Of a stretch of 64,000 bases of DNA, positions 41,733 to 52,559 are shown one piece after another. Source of the stretch: Naegleria gruberi (Eukaryota); NCBI GenBank assembly GCA_000004985.1, contig GG738899.1; one strand, given 5' to 3'. Each line of letters begins with the position of its first letter. Position 1 is the first letter of the stretch. Both the position numbers and the translations under genes were made by a program. Below the pieces are notes generated by a model. The model worked only from the letters and a program-made list of their open reading frames with translations, was not told the origin of the DNA and did not search any database.

Positions 41733-43880
41733 TTACTTTTTACTTGAATTCAAAAATTCTGAATACCATGATCGATTTGGATAGGTTTTCATGTTTTCTC
41801 GAAGTGTTTTGAAGAGATGAAAGTCATCCTTATTCTCTACTCGATAGAGAGAATCCACAAATGCATCCACTGAATCGTAATTAGATACCTCGGGTTTGTC
41901 CTGTTTTTGTCTCAACTCCATTGCTTGACAGTGAGAATGCCACTCCTTCTCATAGAGAGGCAAATTCTTCTGAAGGGCTTCCCTTAATTCCTTTCCTCTC
42001 GATTTGGTCAATAATTTAAAATACAAATCACCTTGGAAGGGAAGTCTAAGATCTGCATAGGTGAGAGTGACAAGGCGTGTTGTCGTATCTGAGGTTTTGT
42101 AAAAGTAGTGAATGGTCAATCCATCAGCACTGATTGGTTCCTTTCCATCTGTTGTTCCATTCACTTCATTAGATACAGATGAATCACTATTCTCGTAGGT
42201 TTTATGATACATTATGAAGCAATCAAGCCCAGCATCATAAATCAAGCTACACAGATAATGGAACACTCTCTGACTGAATCCCAATCCAATTGTGAAAGGA
42301 ACATCTAATGTGGTAAAGGCAAGATGCGCTTCTTTTGAACACCTTGGGGAAATAGGTGGAGAACCCGATAAACAAGAGCAGGATTTTGAGTTTCTCAGAA
42401 TGGTTCTTGGTACTTCATCCTCTGGAACAGTACATTTGAACTGTGTAGTATCAAAGATTCGATTTGAAGAGTTTTCTTTCTGTGCAAGAGGTGATACTTG
42501 TTGGGAACCTGTTGTATCATTGCTCATACTAGTTCTGGTGCCTCTTGGTGATTGAGTTGTTTGGGGTGGATTCAATGCTGAACTTGTTGAACTTGTTGAA
42601 GATGATTGAGGGAATATTGAGGCAGTGGAAGAATTTCCTCCAGAATAGGTGATATTCTTGAAATCCACAACCCAAGGGTCCAACTTTTTACGGACCTCTT
42701 TACTGGACGCATAAATTGCCAGCACGTAATCTCTTGGGTAGGGTAATTGATAGACATACTTGATACACTTGAGTCCTTTCAAATTCTTTCCAATCATGAA
42801 ATTGGTCGAGGAAATGTAGCGAGCTGTTGACATTGGTTTCTCCTTCTCATAGACACAATTCCAATAGGGTGAGTCTTCAATGAGAGCAAAACTATTCGTA
42901 ATGTGATGATCTGACAATGTCTTGTGAATGAAATCCTCAGTCTTGAATCGACAATCTCTTCCCTTGGTTGTGTCCAATGCAATGGCTCTGGTAAATTCCT
43001 CTCCATTCTTTAAGAGAAAGTTTTTCAAAAAGTCACTCCTTGAATATCGTGGAAATTGGTCCAATTTCATGTCAGTGAGTACAGCCAAGTAGACAGTGCT
43101 GAATAGATTCTCAGGCGATAGTAACTCAACCATTGTAATGAAATGATAAGCCTCCTCTGGCCATTGATTGGCTTCATAGACATTTTGTAAAGTTTCCCAA
43201 TTATTTTTCACCTTCTTATTTATGATATTTGGTAAATTCAACCCACCAATAATATACTTCTCCATAATTACAGAAGCCAATGCATAACAAATCTTGATGG
43301 CATTCACATAGGGTTCTGCCACTGATGAGCTAGCAACGACCCCCGAAAAGATGTCATTCACAAAATTCAAACTACGCACAGATTTTGTATCCAATGTTTG
43401 TGGTGTATTGCCACCAGTTTTTCTCCTTCCAAATAGTGAAGTTCCAGTACTATTTCTTGGAGTACTTGTTGTTGAGGATGATGAGGTGGTAAAGGATGAA
43501 TTCGGTAACAATCGGTTGCCAAATCTGAGAAAGTAAGCATTCTTGTACTCTTCAAAATCTCTCAAAAAGTGAACAGTTTCATTACAGAGGGCAATATTGG
43601 TGAGATAGTCATAGAAATGATTTCTTGCAGCTTCCACTTCCATAACTTCAGTAAATTGGACAGCATACTTGGAAATATCAAAAGAACCAGAATTATTATT
43701 GGAAAATGCTGAACAATTATTAGAAAGATGTCCACCGTTAGGAGAGGTTTCATTCAATGAAGAAGAATTTGATGATGAACTTGCCGAGGAACTATTCGAA
43801 TTGTTAGAATTATTGAAGAGGAGTGGAAACAGAGAACGAGACGATCTCTTACTCGGTGTAGAAGGAGAATTGACCATCAT
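41733..43880 (-). CDS. RGS-domain-containing protein with Ser/Asn/Thr-rich low-complexity inserts
   Basis: The track ORF starts at TTG (43895). The first ATG is at 43878-43880 (MMVNSPSTPSK). The RGS-like domain is split by a low-complexity insert: FTEVMEVEAARNHFYDYLTNIALCNETVHFLRDFEEYKN ... WPEEAYHFITMVELLSPENLFSTVYLAVLTDMKLDQFPRYSRSDFL. The C-terminal 400 aa are unassigned. Confidence 0.45.
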   Translation of the reverse strand: MMVNSPSTPSKRSSRSLFPLLFNNSNNSNSSSASSSSNSSSLNETSPNGGHLSNNCSAFSNNNSGSFDISKYAVQFTEVMEVEAARNHFYDYLTNIALCNETVHFLRDFEEYKNAYFLRFGNRLLPNSSFTTSSSSTTSTPRNSTGTSLFGRRKTGGNTPQTLDTKSVRSLNFVNDIFSGVVASSSVAEPYVNAIKICYALASVIMEKYIIGGLNLPNIINKKVKNNWETLQNVYEANQWPEEAYHFITMVELLSPENLFSTVYLAVLTDMKLDQFPRYSRSDFLKNFLLKNGEEFTRAIALDTTKGRDCRFKTEDFIHKTLSDHHITNSFALIEDSPYWNCVYEKEKPMSTARYISSTNFMIGKNLKGLKCIKYVYQLPYPRDYVLAIYASSKEVRKKLDPWVVDFKNITYSGGNSSTASIFPQSSSTSSTSSALNPPQTTQSPRGTRTSMSNDTTGSQQVSPLAQKENSSNRIFDTTQFKCTVPEDEVPRTILRNSKSCSCLSGSPPISPRCSKEAHLAFTTLDVPFTIGLGFSQRVFHYLCSLIYDAGLDCFIMYHKTYENSDSSVSNEVNGTTDGKEPISADGLTIHYFYKTSDTTTRLVTLTYADLRLPFQGDLYFKLLTKSRGKELREALQKNLPLYEKEWHSHCQAMELRQKQDKPEVSNYDSVDAFVDSLYRVENKDDFHLFKTLRENMKTYPNRSWYSEFLNSSKK

Positions 43881-44209
43881 GAAGGAGATGACCAATTTTC
43901 AAAATGTATTTTGTTTTACTTGTTTTTTTACCTTTTTGAGGAGAATTTGAAAGGTGACTAGTCTCTCAGGTATGGTTAATTTATGAAGGTTGATGAAGGA
44001 GATGAAAAATCCTGAAACCAAGTACGAACCAGGTCCAGCACCACCTGTTGATATCTCATTGGAATTAATCGGGCAACTTGAGAATGAATTAAGGTACTTT
44101 CGAAAATGTTACAAAAAAAAACTGTAAAACAAGTTGGACAGAGATTGTAACCGGATAACCATGATAAGAACCTTGCTTCCTCATTTTATTCTTTATTCGA
44201 ATCCTGAAA

Positions 44210-45209
44210 CTAGTCTTCAGCAATTTGTTCAAAGTAAATTCCATCTCCTCGTCTAGTAATCATTAAGAAATACATTGACCAAAATGTGCCAATACCACTC
44301 CCATAATATTCTGCAATAATTGGACATTCTCTCTCAAGATACAATCTCAATCCATTCAAATCTTCAGAAATTCCATCACTCTCTCCACCAATCATGGTTT
44401 TCATCAATTCAATTAATTCCAAATCACGATCTGCTTTATCTTGTTCATAAGTTTTGTCATCCTCAGACCAATGTCCTGATTCTAATACTTTCTCTGTATT
44501 GATTCGATATGTTTCAATGAAATATGTAGAGTTGGAAATCCTTTCTTCCATGTATTGAAAATAAGGACTATTCCAATAAATTTTAAAAAATGATTTCATG
44601 AACTTGAAGAATTGATTTCTAATTTGCTCATCATGACTGATCATTCTTTTCAATATTACCAATCCAAAAGTGGAATTCATTTTGAATTTTCTTATGGATC
44701 CTTCAGAACCATAATTAATTCCGCCTAATCCTTCAAATTCAACTTTGTAAACTTTGGAAAGGTCATTTGGCAAGTAATTTGGTGAAATTAATCTCCTCAT
44801 GTCTATCAATTGTCAATTCCGTTGCAGAATTGTCATTAGGGGAAATGATAATAGAATTTCTATTGGCCAACAACTTCCAAATATTAGGAGAAGTGTCGGT
44901 GGTGTTGATTTTCCAATGTAATAATTGATGCCATTCCTTGCAAACAAGAGATGCAGCATAAAGAGTATGGAGTTGCCATTCATCATTAAAACCTTCCAAG
45001 AGTGTTGTCAAAATCTCAAGCCACAAGTCTCTGCTCAGTAATTGCATTTTGTTTTTACAAAACATGTGAACAAACTTCACCACAGAAGTTCCTACAGTAA
45101 ACCGCATATTGTTACCGTTAAAAAATTCAAAAAAAAAACCAACACTTCTTTGCATGTGTTCACCATCTTGATAGGTTTTGTTTTGGAGGTTAGTGGTTTT
45201 TGGCATCAA
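44210..45209 (-). pseudogene. F-box protein locus split into two overlapping reading frames (frameshift, unrecognised intron, or sequencing error)
   Basis: The upstream ORF, 45209-44763, carries an F-box (LWLEILTTLLEGFNDEWQLHTLYAASLVCKEWHQLL) and stops at 44763. A second frame opens at ATG 44800 (MRRLISPNYLPNDLSK...) and runs to 44210. The two frames overlap by 38 nt. No canonical GT donor upstream of the stop joins them in frame. Confidence 0.4.
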
Positions 45210-45664
45210 CTACTTCACCAGAATTAGCACTTCCTTCAATCCGTGTAGTGAAATAATAATATCATATTACTATCATCTACAAGAGGTTAAGATGTAGAGT
45301 AAGAAAATTTATCAATATTCTGTATTGACCAATTCCTCAACAACAATAAACCTCCACTACTGAATCAACACCAACATGTTCTTCAGCCTTCATTAATCCA
45401 AGTTCCATGTCATCCTCGATAAGCCACTCCTCCAAAGGAATGAAAGCCATCAATTTTCATCACAGAATCGCAAAAAAACACAACCAAATCCTCCCCAAAC
45501 TACAAAGATCAAAGGCTTTGTTTTTAATTTAGCCTGGCAAAATATAGAGTAAAACACAATTTTGGCGTTTTTGTGTTCAGTCAATTATTGATTTTTGTTG
45601 TATTTTGAATCATTGACAATCGTAATAGTTACATAATTATTTAAAATTTATATATATTTAAAGA

Positions 45665-48139
45665 ATGTTAACTTCTAGTTCGAATAATAACAATACTACC
45701 TCTAGTACGAATGGTAGTACTAATAATAATTCATCATCATCAATAACGTCATCAGCAAGTACATCTATTTCTAATACAACAACGACATCTTCAATAATAA
45801 CTTCAAATAATAATAACAACAATGGAAGTACAACAACTGGTGGTAATAACGTTGGATCATCATCATTAGGAACTTTGAATAGTAGTTCTAATAATGCAAA
45901 TAACAATAATAATAATGGAGGATCATTGTTGACAACACCTACAATTGCAACTCCTGGTATGAATAACAATTTAATGTTGAATTCTGGAGGAGTTTCATTG
46001 TTAAGTATGGCTCAATCTCCACCTTCGAATAATTCTATTCTAAACTCTGGACTTCATTCGTCAAGTTTGTATGGCATTCAGAAAAATGCAACTGAAAACG
46101 TTCCTACTAATAGTACAGTAACAACAAGAGATGAAAATTCAGTGTATGGAAACTATTCGAAAATTGTTGAAAAATCAGAAACCTTTAGAACAGTGACATA
46201 TGCAAACGTTTCACGTTTGGCAACAGATTTTGGATTTTTAATTGATAACGAGGAGTTGAGTGACGTACAACTAAGAATTGGAAGTGGGAAGAATCAAAGA
46301 ACATTCCATTGTCATAAGGTTATATTATGTCAGAGATCTGAATATTTCAGAAATATGTTCCTTGTGAGTAGGGGAATGTTTTTAGAATCTGGAACACCTC
46401 TTTCAACAGGTACAAGTTTACCATTCTCTGGTAATTCAGAGGTGTTGACTAATTCGTTCGGCACTAGAATTTCAATTGTAGAAAAACCAAATATTACACC
46501 TATTGTTTTTGAAAAGGTATTACAATATATTTATACTGGAAGAGTTACGTTTACCACACAACTCAAACATAAGAAAATCAAGGATAAAACAGTGCATGTC
46601 ACTCACATGATTAGCACAGATGATATTGATAATGTCATTTCAATGTGTATGCATGTATTGGCAGCTGCTGATGAATTGATTTTGTTGGAACTCAAGAATT
46701 TCTGTGTTGACTATGTAAAGCAATACATTGATTCGGAGTCGGCCATTGTTCTATTGGACTTGGCATCAAAGTATGGTTCTGAGGATTTAATTGAAAATTG
46801 CTTTGACTTTATCAAGCATAATGCTAGAGAAGTGATTGCAAGTGAATCGTTACCTTTTGTATCCAAGCTCACTATGAAGACTTTCCTTGAGAGTGAATAT
46901 CTCGCTGTGGATGAAATTGAACTGTTTCGTGCCTTGTTGAGATGGGGTTTGTCACAAATTGAACACTGTCAAGATGAAGATGCTGTAGAGACCTACATTG
47001 CCAATGCAGATGATGAGGAACTTTCTGATGAAGAAGAGGAAATTGCTCTCGGCAGCAATGGTCTATCACCAGAGGATATTTCACACATTAAGGAGATACT
47101 ATCACAACCTCCAGAAGAGGAAGAGTTAATCTTCCGTAAAAAGCATATAGCCATGTTCAGAAAGAAACAATTACTGAATGATTACGAGAGCCCAAATGAT
47201 GGAGATGACACTGAGACAATTCCATTTGCTGTTGTCAAAAATCCACTGAGGGATGACATTAGTTTGCACACAAGACTCTCATTAGATCCTGTACCTCAAA
47301 ATAGACATCATACCGATTTGATTCAACTTGCAAATAGATTGAGGGATGAGGATAAACAACTATTAAGAGATGCTTGCATGGATTTAATTTCTTGCATTCG
47401 TTTCCCTCTCATGACAGCTCATCAATTGACAGATGTTGTGGAAATATTTAATATTGTGGAGGATTCACTATTGTTGGAAGCTTACAGGCATGTATGTGCA
47501 CCAGATAGAACACCACTTGTGAATTGCAAAAGAGCCCAGAAGAGAAAGGGAGCCACTGAAGGAGAGAATACTCACTTTGGAATTTCCACCATTTTGAAGA
47601 GTAAAAACAGGCAGGAACTTATCAAAATGGCTGGAGAAACCTCTATTACAAAAGGAAAAATTTGGACCTTGGCTTTCAAAGCTACAAAGGATGGATTTGA
47701 CAGTAATGTATTCCACAAAATGTGTGACCAGAAGGGACCCTCCATTCTTGTTTGCAGAACTACTGAGGGTTACATATTCGGTGGATACAATTCAGTGGAG
47801 TGGAATTCAAGTAATCAATGGCTTAAGGCAAATGATACTTTCCTCTTTAGTTTGATCAATCCATACAATGATGGTCCAAGAAAACTCAAAGTTAAGAATA
47901 CACAGAGAGCTGTCTATTGTCATGCAAGTTCAGGTCCATCATTTGGTGGAGGTACAAATCTCGTATTCGATCCCTATGATTTATATCTCGATTCCACCCT
48001 TAAACGAGGCCATACCAATGTTGGAGGTGCTTATTCAACATTCAGAGGAGGATTCAGAAGTGATGAAGCTCAAAAGAGTTTAGCAGGAAGCTTGAATGCA
48101 TGGATTTTAAACGAAGTTGAAGTTTATCTTCTCCAATAA
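45665..48139 (+). CDS. BTB/POZ-BACK-TLDc domain protein with long N-terminal Asn/Ser/Thr-rich region
   Basis: 824-aa single exon. The first 170 aa are N/S/T homopolymer-rich. The BTB is LSDVQLRIGSGKNQRTFHCHKVILCQRSEYFRNMF. A BACK-like region follows. An acidic linker is DDEELSDEEEE. The C-terminal TLDc-like domain is WTLAFKATKDGFDSNVFHKMCDQKGPSILVCRTTEGYIFGGYNSVEW...HASSGPSFGGGTNL. Confidence 0.6.
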   Translation: MLTSSSNNNNTTSSTNGSTNNNSSSSITSSASTSISNTTTTSSIITSNNNNNNGSTTTGGNNVGSSSLGTLNSSSNNANNNNNNGGSLLTTPTIATPGMNNNLMLNSGGVSLLSMAQSPPSNNSILNSGLHSSSLYGIQKNATENVPTNSTVTTRDENSVYGNYSKIVEKSETFRTVTYANVSRLATDFGFLIDNEELSDVQLRIGSGKNQRTFHCHKVILCQRSEYFRNMFLVSRGMFLESGTPLSTGTSLPFSGNSEVLTNSFGTRISIVEKPNITPIVFEKVLQYIYTGRVTFTTQLKHKKIKDKTVHVTHMISTDDIDNVISMCMHVLAAADELILLELKNFCVDYVKQYIDSESAIVLLDLASKYGSEDLIENCFDFIKHNAREVIASESLPFVSKLTMKTFLESEYLAVDEIELFRALLRWGLSQIEHCQDEDAVETYIANADDEELSDEEEEIALGSNGLSPEDISHIKEILSQPPEEEELIFRKKHIAMFRKKQLLNDYESPNDGDDTETIPFAVVKNPLRDDISLHTRLSLDPVPQNRHHTDLIQLANRLRDEDKQLLRDACMDLISCIRFPLMTAHQLTDVVEIFNIVEDSLLLEAYRHVCAPDRTPLVNCKRAQKRKGATEGENTHFGISTILKSKNRQELIKMAGETSITKGKIWTLAFKATKDGFDSNVFHKMCDQKGPSILVCRTTEGYIFGGYNSVEWNSSNQWLKANDTFLFSLINPYNDGPRKLKVKNTQRAVYCHASSGPSFGGGTNLVFDPYDLYLDSTLKRGHTNVGGAYSTFRGGFRSDEAQKSLAGSLNAWILNEVEVYLLQ

Positions 48140-48285
48140 ACTTCACAATCACCACAAGTTCATTTTAATGTTTTACGTAAAACAAGTGGACTCGTCATCT
48201 GGTTATATTCTCCGATTTTCTTCCTGTCCCTCATATCCATAGAAGAGTTCGGAAATTTCTTTGCACAAGAAACACAAAGAAAAAA

Positions 48286-50016
48286 ATGTCTGCAGGATCT
48301 TCATCGTTATTGGGACAACAGTTACCACGTAAACGTGTTTGTATTGTAGGTGCTGGGTGTAGTGGTTTGTGTGCCATTAAAGAATTGGCAGCATCCAATG
48401 ATCAAGTTTATGAAAATCAAGAATTTGCCATCAAATATCAAATTCCACTCTTTGATATTGCTTGCTATGAGGCTTCTAATGATATTGGAGGATTGTGGAG
48501 GTATTCAGAGAAGGAAACTGATTTCTCATCGGTTTATAAATCAACAGTGATCAATACAAGTAAGGAGTTGATGAGTTATTCGGATTTTCCAATTCCTGAT
48601 GAATTTCCAACTTTTCTTCCTCATGAAAAGGTTGTAGAATATTTGAAATTATATGCTGCCAAGTTTGAATTGGAACAATATATTGAATTTAATACTCGTG
48701 TGGAGAATATTGATCTTGTCAATTCTGGATCAACTGACAAGTATAAGGTTATTATTAGAAAGGGTGATCAGTTGAGTGAAGAAACTTTTGATCATATTAT
48801 GGTTTGTACGGGACATCACTCAACACCAAATATTGCAACATTTGAGGGATTGAAGGAAAATTTCAAAGGAAATGTCATTCACTCACATTCTTATAAGAAT
48901 CCATTCGATTCTGACATGTTCATGAATAAGAATGTGCTTGTAGTTGGAATTGGTAACAGTGGTGGTGATATTGCTGCAGAATTGGCTAAAAATGTGGCCA
49001 AACAAGTGATCTTATCAACCAGAAGAGGATCCTGGATTATACCAAGAGAACTACTTGGTGATCCACTTGATCATGTTCCAAGATTTGCATGGATGTTACC
49101 ACGTAGAGTTATTCAATATGCCAACGAGTTCTTATTAACTCTTGTGAATGGAGATTTGAAAAAATTCTCTAAATACTTGGCTCCTCGTCATCGATTCTTT
49201 GGTAGCCACCCAACTGTAAATAGTGAACTCATTTCCAAGATTAATAATGGTGTAGTTCGTGTAGTTCCAAATATTGTGAGATTTTCCAGAGATGGCCACA
49301 CTTGTAGATTTGAAAATGATGAAAATGCTTCGAATATTGATACAGTAGTTATTTGTACAGGATATAGAATTTCATTCCCATTCTTTAAGGATGGTTTCTT
49401 TGAGGATTGTTTCGATGAGAATAACAAGGTTTCACTATACAAGTACGTTTTTCATCCAAAACATGGAACTGGTATTGCATTCATTGGACTCATTCAACCA
49501 TTTGGTGCCATCATTCCAATATCTGAATTACAATCAAGAGTTGCTGTGAGAATGTTCAGAGGAGATTACAAACTTCCATCCGAATCCGAAATGAAACAAG
49601 ATGTCGAACAAAAACGTGAAGCAATGGCCTCGAGATATACTGAATCAAAGAGACACACTGTTCAAGTTGACTATCCACATTACACAGACGAATTGGCCGA
49701 CATTATTGGTGTGAAACCTCAATTTACAAAACATTTAATCAAAGACCCTCAATTAGGATCCTTACTTTTATCATCACCTGCCTATCCATGTACATACAGA
49801 ATTGAGAAGGAGACGAGTTTAATTACAAGTGAAAGTCATCAAAAGAAGGAACGAGAACAGGCCATCAATCTCATCAAACACTATAGAAAGCAAACGAGTA
49901 AGGATGAAACAAGTACTTTTGGAAAGATTTTGGCAATTATCAAGGCAGTTTTCTTCCTCTTATTCTTATTTGTGAAGGTAATCTTGTCTAAATTCATAGA
50001 TTGGGAGAAGGTGTAA
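48286..50016 (+). CDS. flavin-containing monooxygenase (FMO) with C-terminal membrane anchor
   Basis: 576-aa single exon. FAD motif VCIVGAGCSGLCA, GGLW, the FMO-identifying motif FKGNVIHSHSYKNP (FxGxxxHxxxY), and the NADPH motif VLVVGIGNSGGDIA are present. The C-terminal hydrophobic helix is ILAIIKAVFFLLFLFVKVIL. Confidence 0.8.
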   Translation: MSAGSSSLLGQQLPRKRVCIVGAGCSGLCAIKELAASNDQVYENQEFAIKYQIPLFDIACYEASNDIGGLWRYSEKETDFSSVYKSTVINTSKELMSYSDFPIPDEFPTFLPHEKVVEYLKLYAAKFELEQYIEFNTRVENIDLVNSGSTDKYKVIIRKGDQLSEETFDHIMVCTGHHSTPNIATFEGLKENFKGNVIHSHSYKNPFDSDMFMNKNVLVVGIGNSGGDIAAELAKNVAKQVILSTRRGSWIIPRELLGDPLDHVPRFAWMLPRRVIQYANEFLLTLVNGDLKKFSKYLAPRHRFFGSHPTVNSELISKINNGVVRVVPNIVRFSRDGHTCRFENDENASNIDTVVICTGYRISFPFFKDGFFEDCFDENNKVSLYKYVFHPKHGTGIAFIGLIQPFGAIIPISELQSRVAVRMFRGDYKLPSESEMKQDVEQKREAMASRYTESKRHTVQVDYPHYTDELADIIGVKPQFTKHLIKDPQLGSLLLSSPAYPCTYRIEKETSLITSESHQKKEREQAINLIKHYRKQTSKDETSTFGKILAIIKAVFFLLFLFVKVILSKFIDWEKV

Positions 50017-50116
50017 ACTGGTCTGGTCGAGTTTCGTCTTGGCAATTCTCTGTCCAATTATTAATAAAACAATAAATTATTAAAACGAAATGGCCATAAT
50101 CATTTGGAAAATTCGT

Positions 50117-50635
50117 CTATCCAGCCATTGCTGAAGATACATTGCTAAGGGTAATGATGGGCAAAGCTACGGCCACAATGGACATCAAAACGAGTAGTAA
50201 TATGGTAAGGAAGAAAAGAGCTAGACTAATCCTAGCACAGATTCTTGCTCTAAGGTTTTGTGAGTTTCGAAACTGAAAAATTGAAAACATTCGAATGTGA
50301 AATTGTGAAATAATTTAACATACCATGACATAGTTGGCGATCCAAACGACCAGAAAGAAGAAACCGATAATTAACAAGACGATTGCAGTGGAAGCTTCTT
50401 CACTGATTAATTCATCATCTACAAGCCATCGCAAATCTCCTTGTTGGTAGTAGAAATCTTCCGAAACTTTATCTTTCGAATAATTATTTTCATCAATTGG
50501 TGATTTATGATTTTGTTTAATTCTTGAATTATCATCGTAAAGACAAGACGCTGATGAAGACAATGATGAAGCAATATATTCTTGTTTACCCATTCCGCAA
50601 GGTTTCCAATCTTTTTTTCTGTGTTTCCATTCCAT
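50117..50635 (-). CDS. small two-TM membrane protein, 2 exons (hypothetical)
   Basis: Exon 1 on the minus strand is 50635-50324 (MEWKHRKKDWKPCG...AIVLLIIGFFFLVVWIANYVM). A 51-nt intron runs GTATGT at 50323 to TTTTTCAG at 50273. Exon 2 is 50272-50117 (FRNSQNLRARICARISLALFFLTILLLVLMSIVAVALPIITLSNVSSAMAG, stop TAG). The track ORF shows only exon 1 running into the intron. Confidence 0.45.
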
Positions 50636-52559
50636 TCAATGTTTCTTTAATGTATCTTATTTTACTTTTCTCAACATTTCAGTGTTACTTTTCCGAATCA
50701 TGAAATGTTAAAAAAGGAAAGCAAGGTGCCTCGTGATTTTTGCCTACTAATCATGAAAAGGTTTCGTTTAGTTTACAATAAATAATGGGTGGACAAGGTA
50801 TTGAAATGGGTGTTTCTCTAATGTTTCGTGATAGTATCCTTTCAGACTTTTCATTCTTCGCACATAATTTATGATCAAAACGGACATTAGTTGAAACATG
50901 TTAAGAAAGATTTTTCTGTCCACTCTCCTAATACCCAAAAAGTTGCAAGAGCAAGATCAAGGGTAAAACTGCATAATCACTGTGGAAATTACAACAAATA
51001 ATGTTTTGTGTAATCGTATCATGACTGTCTCCAACCTTAGAAATTCTATTATTGAAATCCAATTTTATCAACTAAGTTGGGCCAAATAGCTAATGACTAC
51101 AACCGCATAATTACACTCTCTTTTTGGAGAAACTCTCTCTTGTCCTAATACCAGCAAAGACTCCTCCACTTTAATCTCCACCACAACTTTACTAAGTTAA
51201 CGACATTATTTGTGACCTCCTGATATCTCGGATTCCTCTTAGCTTAGGATAGAATTTGATGGTGATGATGATAATTGTTTTCTTTCTCCATCGTTGCACT
51301 GGTAATGACTGGCTTAACAAGTCAAAGCCCAATAACATGGCCGTAGAAATTTACAAACAAGAATTCAACTGTCCCAATGCAAGGTTCACTATTACCTGGA
51401 ATACCTCTCTTCCTACCAGAGGAAGACGCAAGACTTAACATCAACTCTCAAACACAGAGTCTAAACTTAATGATTGAAGGCCTCATCTCTCAGGTCTAAA
51501 CGATTCAAGAGACGTTAACAATCAATTTTGAATTTTCTGTAATTTTTACTGTAAAACACAATGAATAAATAAAGAACTTTTAATACACTACTTGTAACAG
51601 TTCAACATAATGGAAACAGGTCAGTTAATCAATTATCATAAACATATATGGACCATTGATCAATTTGGCTGTAAATCACAATAATGAGGAAAACACTCAT
51701 CTGCACTTTGTAAAGTCCGAGTTGAAAGAAAGGATGAAGATATGATATTGCTATGAAAAGTTCCCGCTCAAATGTTCAGTTTTTAATTTTAAAAAATATC
51801 ATCACAACTAACCGCCATCATGATTCACTCTCATCCATTCCTTGGTGCAAGGGGAACATTGTTAAAAAGACACACAACAATGCAACAACAGCTGCATGAC
51901 GATTTTTCAGCTCGGAATAACAATGTCGTCATCCTCGGCCAAACCAAGGGATGTAATTATTGTTGGACAAATAGGATTCGTTGCATCACCTTCTAGCCTG
52001 GCACGAAATTAACAATCGAAGAAAATCATTACTTTTGAAGAGTGGGGAACCAATAGTAAGAGAAATGCAAAACCGTTAGTTAGATAACATGTTAGTTGAC
52101 AATCGGATTCAAATCATTCTTTTAAAGTTAAATTTTCGCATCAATGCGATGGTGAAGGACCCCAATCAAGAATAGCCTTCTCAAACAAGACATTTCAGTT
52201 GAATACTTCCTTTTATTACAACGGACTATAATTGAGTGTTCGTAATGAATAGAAAGGAAAGATACCACATTCTCGATATTACTCTCTAAAAGACCAGGTC
52301 ACCTTGTCTTTCTTCATGCAACGCACATTTCATTGAGTTTAATTTTTGGACCGAGTAAGGGTGAAAGGCACATCTTGGAACGTTAAGCTCGTCAGCATTT
52401 CATTCGGTTAGGTGTTTAATAGCGCGATAATTGTGTCTTACTATTTGAATTGGTGCTGCTGCATATTTTTCGATTTCAATCGTCGACAGACTTTCTCTTC
52501 CTCACATTAATAGCACAACACGAAAAAAAGACTCAGTTCAGTATTACGTCTGCACTCCA

